Shown: positions 55,282 through 64,000 of the stretch, piece after piece
Position numbering within the stretch: the first letter of the stretch is position 1
Layout: the number at the start of each line of letters is the position of its first letter
NCBI GenBank assembly: GCA_051294375.1
Contig: CM119264.1
Coordinates: 1,471,923-1,535,922, forward strand
Source: Paraspadella gotoi
Taxonomy: Eukaryota > Animalia > Chaetognatha
Direction of reading: 5' to 3'
Length of the DNA stretch: 64,000 bases
The notes under the pieces: model-generated
Database searches by the model: none
Seen by the model: only the letters and a program-made list of their open reading frames with translations
What the model was told of the DNA's origin: nothing
Translations under genes and position numbers: made by a program

Positions 55282-58200
55282 GAGAGAGTAGAGTAGTATC
55301 AGAGATTGAGTGAATTGTATAGCTATTATCTAATACTGCTTTTGTGTTTCAGCTCAAGGGAATTACGAACATCGACTCTCAGGGGGAAGAAAAGTAGTGA
55401 CGACGAAGATTATAAAGGGGAGCGGCAAGGGACTAGGAGAGGACATGAGGAGGGGAGAGGAGCAAAGTGGTGAAGAAAAGGGGAGGAGCTAGGGGGTAGG
55501 AAAGAGGAAGATGCGCGAAGAAGAGAAGGAAATATTTTAAGGTAAAGATTAACAAAAAGTTAATATCAAGAGGAAAGAATGGTGAGAAATAAAAGTTATT
55601 CGAAATAAAGAACGAATAAAATTTGTACATTAATGGAAAATGACAAAAGATATACAGGAGAAAGAGAGAGATGCACAGGAGAGTATTCAAAAAGTCAATG
55701 ATTGAATGAAAAGAACGAAAAAGAAGACTCTGAATCTACCTTTTCTTCCATTCATTCTTCCCTTCCCTTCTTCTTCCTTCTAGTGTCCTGCAGCTTCCTC
55801 CTCTCTCTCTTCCTATCACTCATCCCTTATCTCCTTCCCCTTCTCTCCATCACTCTCTCTTCCCTCCCCTTCTATTTTCTCCTCCTCCTGCCCCCTCTCT
55901 CCTTGCCCCTCTCTCATCCCTCCTCACCTCCTCCTCTCCTCTCCTCTCCTCTACTCTACTATTCTCTCTCTCTTTCCCTCTTTCCTGCGCTCTTTCCCTC
56001 CCCATCTCTCTCTCCCATTCTGCTCTCTCTCTCCGCCGTCCCCCACTTTTTCTCTCCTTCTTGCTCCCTCACCCCTTCCACTCACTCCTCCTCCCATCAC
56101 TCTCCCTCCTCCCTCGCTCCTATTAGTGTCCTCTTCCTCTCCCATCATCTCTCACCTGCCAATCTCTATGCGGCCGACGAACTCTTCTCACCGCTTTTTG
56201 TGAAACTTTTATTCAACGAACAATTGAGCATCAAACGTCGCGTGCGAAAGAAACCAGAATACGCCCCAGCGAATCCACTGGGCGGAAGCGAAGAGAAAAG
56301 CGAGAGGAGAGAAAAAAAAAAAAACAATTGGGCTCCGAGAAGGAAAAGCCCGAAGAAAACCGGGAGTCACAATTTTCAATAATTTACGCCGACAGCATAA
56401 ATTCGACTCACGCAGCTCTGGCCTCCTTTGAGGGGGGTGGAGAGAGAGAGAAGAGAGAGGGACAGAGAGAGGGGAGAGAGAGAGAGAGAGAGAAAGATTC
56501 GTATATACTTGATTTGGAGTGCAGATTTTTTTTTCTTTAACCCTGATTACGTTGGAGTGCTTTAAGTCTGTGGGTTTAAAATTTATTTGTTCTTTTTTTT
56601 TTCCTTTTCTCTCAGTTTCCCTCATTTTTTTTTCTTTCCTCCTTTTTTTTCATTTCTTTCCTTCTTTCTTTATTTCCATTTTTTCCTCATTTTCTCGCCT
56701 TTCTTTCATTATTTTCTCCTTTTTCTCTCATTTTTTTCCTCCTTTTCTTTCATTTTTTTCTGGTTATTATCTGTTTTCTTTCATTTTTCCGCCTTATAAA
56801 TCATATTATGTTTTTCACTTTTTCTGTATTCTTTCTCTTTCCATGTTCCTTTCTTTCCTCCTTTTTACTAACATTTTTATTCCTTCATTGCCTTCTTTCT
56901 TTGAATTTTTCTTCTTTTTTATTTCATTCCTTTACTTTCATTTCTTTTCCTCCTTTTAAATCATTTATTTGATCCTTCTTTTCTTCCTTTCTTTTTATTT
57001 CTTTCTTTATTTTTGTTCCATATTTTTCCCCTTCTCTATTTTCATTTCTTTCCTCATTATCTTTCATTTCTTTCCTCATTTCTCTTTCCCATTCTCAATT
57101 GACGAAATCGAAGCTCAATCATCCATCTTTGTCATCAAGTAGTAAAAAAAATAACGATCGCTCGTGCTCATATTTTAAGAACATAGGCAAATCCATGCAT
57201 ACAGCATAGCTATTTTTTTTTTTTAAGCAACATACAATATGCATTGTCATCGTATTTAAATATCACTCATCATCCACCTAATATGTCATCGTCATCAATT
57301 TTATATGTAGGTCATCATTCTATCCCCTTAAATGTCATCGTATGATTTGAAATGTCCATGTAATCGATTAAATGTCATTGCCAAATCGGACGACAAGTTG
57401 TGCCTGCGAAAATGACAGGTCGTAGTCGTCCGTGGAAGATAACATTGCGGCACACTTTACGAAAAATCGGATTTAATTATTTCGTCATTATAATTATAAA
57501 AAGAAAACGTTAAGCTTTTAATTGAGGGTTTTTTTATGATATTTTTTTATAATAAGATTTAAAATTCTCGTGCTATTTACAATAAGATCTAAGTTTTTTA
57601 TTCTAATAATTGATTCTAAATTTTGTACTAATTTATATGTGGGTTTGAATCTAACACGCTGCACACACATTAAAAACTCATCAGGATTTAGGCAAATAGA
57701 TGTAGATTTCATTCTTAAGAATAATGGTAAGACGGTGAGACTATGCATAGTACAGTTTTGAACCCTCATTCATATTAATATTAGAATAGTTAAATCTATT
57801 TTAGCTGATTATTGATTATTCATTTAATTAGTGTTTTTACTGTTCCAATTTATTCAGCAACGCTAATTGGTGCGATAGTTAACTGGTTCCATCTTAGCCA
57901 ATTAGGATTACGGTGCTATTTTTGCTTTAAACGCCTGGAGCTTCTTGATCCGATTATTCTTAATTGCTCGGCTTGAATCTCTTTCGATTATACATAATAG
58001 TATTTATGAAAGATAATTAATCTATTTCTTTTTTATATATAGTTTTATTTATTTTTTTCGCTAGATGTATATGTTTTTTTTTAAATCAAATTTTTTGTTT
58101 ATTCAGATTTTATATTTAATTTAATAAATATATTTTTCTCATTCTTATTTTCGCCGATCACTTCTTCAAAGGTGCCTCATTTTAATGTCGAACCCTCTAA

Positions 58201-59569
58201 GGAACTATTTCATTGGAAATATGAGGAGGAAAAATTCTTGGAGTCAGGAACCAACATGGCGGCGCCTCAAATAAAAAGGAGAGAGAGAGAGAGCGGAGAC
58301 GAGAGAGAGAGAAAGATGAGAGAGAGACAGAGTTGAAAAAGACGCGTCGTCATAGAGCAACGGGATTTTTACGAGCGAAAAGTCGCTTTCGAATCGACCG
58401 AAAACTTTTCGTTTTCAAACACAAAAAAGGGAAAATGTTCCACGGAGAGATTTTAATTTTTTTATTAATGTTTTTTTTAAACGGAAATCATTAACCATAA
58501 AAGTGTTTTTAACTGAAGTATGATTGGAATAAATCGATCAAAATACGTTGTTAAAATTACAGAACTGGGTTTTAGGAGAATAGAATTCGTTCGGAGCCGT
58601 CTTGTCAGTCCTTTAGTCCTTCGTCAGTCCGTCATTCCGTCTGTTATTCCGTCTCCTCATTTCGTCCGTCCATCGTTCTTCCGTCCCGTCCGTCTTCCGT
58701 TCGTCCGTTCATATCCGTCCTTCCGTCCTTCTTTCGTCCGTCCATACGTCATTTCCGTAGGTCATCCATCAGTCCATCCATCATTTCTGTCCCGTCCGTC
58801 CTTCCCTCCGTCCGTCTTCATCCATTCGTCTGTCCTTCCGTCCCTTCCGCCCTGCCCTCCCGTCCATCCATCTTCCCTTCCGTTCATCCTTCCGTGCGTT
58901 CGTCGTCATTCCATCCGTCCGTCTATCCTTCCATCTGTCCATCCTTCGTTCGGACCGTCCATCTTCTGGTCCATACCATCTTCTGTCTGTCCATCCGTCC
59001 ATCAGCGTCCCGTCTTCCCATCTGTCCGTCCTGTCCGCTTGTCCTTTGCCGTACGTTCGTTCTGTTTCGTCTGTCCTGTCCATCCTTCACATTTGGTCAT
59101 TCCGTCTGTCGCATCCTTCCCGTCTTGTCTGTCCTTCGTCCATCCCTCTGTTCATTCGTCCGTCCTTCGTCCATCCATCCTTCCATCCATGCCGTCTGTC
59201 CTGCCCATACCGTTTTCTGTCCGTCTGTCGATTATCCGTCATTCCTGTCGGCTCGCGTCTTCCGTCTGTCATTCCTTCCTCCATCCATCCATCTGTCCGT
59301 CCGTCCGTCAATCCGTCATTCCATCCGTCCATTTCGTCCGTCGGTCAATATCCGCCCGTCCGTCGTCGCGTCCTCCCGTCCGTCGTCATCCGTTTGTCCG
59401 TCCGGTCATACCTTCTTTCTTAATCTGATTTCTTCGTGATTTTTTTTTTTTCTTTTATTTTTATTTTCGGCCGAGAAAAAATTTTCGCAATAGTTAATGG
59501 GAAATAAGATGTCTGTCGGTTGAACGCGAAGCTTGAGTCAGCGAGAAGAAACCGGGAAAATCAAAGATG

Positions 59570-59631
<62 letters not shown>

Positions 59632-60048
59632 GAGAAGAGAGAGAGAGGTAGAGAGAGAGACGTAATACGAAAACGATAAAAGAGTACCGAGAGAGAGAGA
59701 CCTTTCTTCCCAAATGATATCTCAATTTTTTTAGTCGCAAGTTAAATATTGCGTCGCAAATTTAAAAACGCTATTTTCTTGTCGGTCGGTCCGGTCTGTC
59801 TGTAAAAATCTTAAATTTCTAAATCATGAAAACTAAAATAACGTAAAAAAATTATACAGTGAACAGCCTAATGTTGGGTTTTAAAGGACCCGAAAAGTTT
59901 TCAATCAAGACTTTTTCACAGTCCATTGTGTTTTACAATGCACCATTGTAAAATTTCACATCGTACATTGTACATGGCTGCGTGTCCAAGTAAGTAGGAT
60001 TTAGGACAGTGAGATAACTATCTCTTCGTGACAGAGAGCGGGAAGAAG

Positions 60049-60102
<54 letters not shown>

Positions 60103-62904
60103 GAGAGAGGAGAGAGAGAAAGCAGACCGACAGAGAGAGAAAGAACGATGCGGGAGAAAAAGGAATTCAATTGATTTCTGGGGGGAAAAAGATTCGCTTT
60201 AGGGGAAGAAATCATTTTGGGGGGAAAGTTAAGGAAATCCTCTCGGTCTTAGTTCAGATAGAGAGAGAGAGAGTAAGAGAGAAGAGAGGAGAGAGAGAGA
60301 GAGAGAGAGAGAGAAAAGACGATGCGGAGAAAAAAGAATTCAATTGATTTCTGGGGGGAAAAAGATTCGCTTAAGGGGAAGAAATCATTTTGGGGGAAAG
60401 TTAAGGAAATCCTCAGTCTTAGTTTCAGATAGAGAGAGAGAGAAGTAAAGAGAGAGAGAGAGAGAGTATATATATAAACAAATAGATAACGTACTTACGT
60501 CGTCAGCGCTTTTTTTTCCTTCAGTCTTGGGTCTTGGGTAATTAGCCTTCATTTCTTCTCCACTTGTTTCTCGATCAAAACTCAAGATTTAAAGTCCCTT
60601 TGGTTTTCTTTTGCTATTTCCTCCACGGTTTTTTTTTTTTGCTATTTCCTCCACAGTTTTCTTTTGCTATTTCCCCACAGTTTTCTTTTGCTATTTCGTC
60701 CCAACCATTTTCTTTTGCATTTTCCCTTCCACCATTTTTCTTTTGCTATTTCCTTCCACCATTTTCTTTGCTATTTCCTCCGCGCGATTTTCTTTTGCTA
60801 TTTCATTCCACATTTTCTTTTGCTATTTCCTTCCACCATTTTATTTTGCTATTTCCTCCGCGATTTTCTTTTACTATTTCCTCCAACGGTTTTCTTTTGC
60901 TTTTTCCCTCCCATGCTTTCTTTTGCTATATCCTCCCACAGTTTTTTTTGCTATTTCCCCCACGGTTTTTTTTTTTTGCTATTTCTTCCACTGTTTCTTT
61001 TGCTATTTCCTCCCACAATTTTTTTTGCTATTTTCTCCAATGGTTTTCTTTTTTATTTCTCACCGCGATTTCCTTAATACTATTTTCTTCCAACAGTTTT
61101 TTTTTTTGCTATTTTCTCAACGGTTTTATGTTGCTATTTCCTGCCAACGGTTTTCTTTGCTATTTCCCCCACGATTTTCTTTTGCTATTTCCTCATGGTT
61201 TTGTTTTGCTATTTTCTTCTAATGGTTTTCTTTGCTATTTCTTCCATGATTTTATTTTGCTATTTCCTTTCACAGTTTTCTTTTTCTATTTTGTCCACAG
61301 TTTACTTTGATATTTTCTTCCAAACGGTTTTCTTTTGCTATTTCCTCCCACGGTTTTTTTGCTATTTCCTCCCACACGATTTTTTGCTATTTCTCCACAT
61401 GATTTTTTTTATATTTCCTCAACGGTTTTCTTTTGCTAATTTCCTCCTATGGTTTTCTTTTGCTTTTTTCTCTCACGATTTTTATTTTTGCTATTTCATC
61501 CCACTGTGAAAATTTTCTTTCTTGTTTTCTTTCATTTTTAATTTTTGTTTTTATTATTCTTTTTTCCTTTGTTTTTTCCTTGTCTCTTACTTTCCTTTTT
61601 TGGGACGCCTCTTTTGTTTTGGCCCCCAGGGTTCTCTTTTTTTGGATCGCCCTCCTGCGCATTCAAATTTATGTTTTCTCTTTTTTTTCCTTTTTAAAGG
61701 CGAGAGGAAAAAAATACTTATAATGGGTATGAACTGGATTTATTTAGTAATTGTTTTATTTATTATTTATTTATTTATTTATTATTTATTTATTTATTTT
61801 TTTTTTTAGTAGACCCAATATATTGCAGTCCTAATAATTAAACATTTTCTCTCTTCAACTCTTTCTCTCTCTCTCTCTCTTCTCTCTCTCCTCTCGTCCT
61901 CTCTCTCATCTCTCTCTCTCTCTCTCTCTCTCTTCCGCTTCGCGCTTCCACTACGTCCACAACCGGGCGAAAGCTGCCGAGATCACAACTAATGGCAACC
62001 AATTTGGTTGTTTGGGTTTTAACCTTATCTCTCTCTCCTCTCTCTCCTTCTCTCTCATCCTCTCTCTCCTCTCTCTCTTTCTCTCTTTAGAGTCTTTCTT
62101 CTGCTTTTAAAGTCTCGCTCCCTTTAATTTCCCTCATTATGGAAGCTTGTTTTTCCCAAACGTGTGATTGCTTGGCTGTTAAGACTAAAGAGGGCGTTCT
62201 GGGCTATAGGTTTTGTGCCTGGTTGGGGTGGTGTGTGGGATGGCATGGGTTGGGTCCGGGTTGGGCCATGGTTGAGATTTGGGCTGAAATTTGGGGAATA
62301 CCCGCTGTTGGGTCGGTGCATTGGTGATGCAACCAGAAATATTGTTTCTTTCAGTTCGTGAGTTGAAATTATTTTTGTGAATGATTTAATTTAAAAACTA
62401 TTTAAAAGTTTAAAACAAATTAGACTAACTTTGTTGACAATCGTCGGTGAAAGATTAATGAAAATTTCATAACCCATCAATCATTCAATCAATCAATCAA
62501 TCAATCAAAAAAATCAAAGTGCCTTTATCAATGTCAGTCAAAAATCAATCAAACTTTTCATTCTAATAAAAAGTGACTTATTACTTTATATGTATATATA
62601 GACTTTATAGACTATATTCGGTTGAGATTTTCAATCCAAATAGATAAAAAAATAAAAGAAATAATTGACTTAGAAAAAACTTAAGAAAATGAAATAATCA
62701 AGAGAAAAAAATATAAAAAAAAAGGAAAAAAATTGAAGAAATAAAAGAAAATTAAAAAGGATTAAAGAAAATTAAAATCCTTGAATCCATTCGAAAGCGG
62801 AAAAGCGTGAGAGAGAGAGGAGAGGAAGAGAGAGAGAGAGAGAGAGAGAGGGAGAGGAGAAGAGGAGNNNNNNNNNNNNNNNNNNNNNNNNNNNNNNNNN
62901 NNNN

Positions 62905-62939
<35 letters not shown>

Positions 62940-64000
62940 TTCTCGTGGGTTTTTCTCTCTGTCTCTTTCTCTCTATCTGCTTCGATCGGCCGAACACAAA
63001 AGCTTCGCTTTAGGCTTTTGAATCCTCGGATCCCGAAATAGAGAAATGACAAACTGAGTCTCTCTTCATTTCGAGATGCAGCAAGATGCAGCAGCAAGAA
63101 GTTTCAGTTCGGGATAATTAGATGCAGCACTTTTCTTTTCTGTGTTGAGCGAAGGCTGCGGAAATCTTCGGTCAATTTGGTCCTTAACAGTTTCGAGATT
63201 TTGTCGTTTTTGTTTTTTTTTGTTTTTTGCGCCAAGTTCACTCCGCTTAAAAACAGCAGTTTTTTTACTTAATGCCCCGTGCCTCATAAAGTAAAGCCGT
63301 CAAGTCATTACCATTAAGTACCGGGATCGATCCCCAATAGTAACTAAAATGGTGGTATCATAAAGAGGCCCGGCCCACTTAGCGCCATAATCACAAGTAG
63401 CACATTTATTTAAATTTTAAAAGCGTCGAATAATTTTTGAACTTGAGCCTTAAAAATTATTTTTGATATAGTCAGACTTAAGAAAAAAAGAATTGTTATC
63501 TATGCTGCACTGAATCTATGGTGACGAAAAACAAAGAGGCTGAAAGTTAAGCTTAATTGTGAACAAATCAGACAAGCAACTCTATTTGTCAATTTTGTAA
63601 AATGTACAGTCCCATTTTTTTTAATCTTGACTCTCTCTCTCTCTCTCGGTCTCTCTCTTTCTTTCTGTCTTTCTCCCTCATCCCTCTATCTCTCCCCCAT
63701 CTCTCTGTGTGAGTGTCTCTCTCTCTCTGTCTCTAACTCAACGTCACCCTTCTAAAATAAAAAAAGAAAATATGGTTGAGCCTCCGTCGTGGATCGTGAA
63801 TGGAGAAAAAACTTCAATTCTGACGAAATGGGAAAGTCAACAATTTTTTGTTTGTTTTTAAAATCATCCCTTTATCACAAGAAAGAGGAGAGAGAAAATT
63901 AAGACATCAAATTCTTTCTTTTTCTTTAGAGAACAAAAAAACAAAAAAAACGTCTAATGTTTTCGTTTCATTTAAAATTTAAGAAGCGAATTTTTAATAA
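62905..64000 (-). repeat. Inverted copy of ~43990-45120
   Basis: e.g. ggtaaaaaaactgctgtttttaaagcggagtgaacttggcgc (~44770) vs gcgccaagttcactccgcttaaaaacagcagtttttt (~63229); starts at the 37-N gap. Confidence 0.9.

Larger units (their letters stand above)
45320..62140 (+). repeat. ~5.8 kb direct duplication (45320-51050 vs 56160-62140); 54700-56150 duplicates 40140-41400
   Basis: Collinear landmarks (ctatgcgccgacgaactc, caacatggcggcgcc, (CCGT) tract, 26-bp array, agtagacccaatatattgcag) occur in both. The second copy is riddled with small indels. Confidence 0.92.

Overview
AT-rich, microsatellite-saturated eukaryotic (animal, probably invertebrate) DNA from a draft assembly with four N-gaps. 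Most ORFs in the supplied track are spurious translations of (AG)n, (CT)n, (CCGT)n and minisatellites. I read three protein-coding loci by hand. (1) An intronless 795-aa XK-related multi-pass membrane protein (6392-8779, minus). (2) Four spliced follistatin/Kazal exons of an agrin-like gene (15503-18146, minus) whose other exons are not visible in the window. (3) A complete 19-exon, about 716-aa glycerate kinase (GLYCTK/MOFRL class II) homologue (19927-31743, plus) with an intact frame but several family-hallmark motifs replaced, making it a candidate pseudoenzyme. It also has a mitochondrial-presequence-like N-terminus and an acidic tail. Its introns hold tandem arrays built from the splice sites themselves. 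Mobile DNA includes a tRNA-derived SINE, a hAT-like MITE with an 8-bp TSD, DINE-1/Helentron-like elements, and a 92-nt insert carrying a hammerhead-ribozyme core, present twice. Much of 36-64 kb is redundant, indel-rich copies next to 25-N gaps and is most likely long-read gap-filling artefact.
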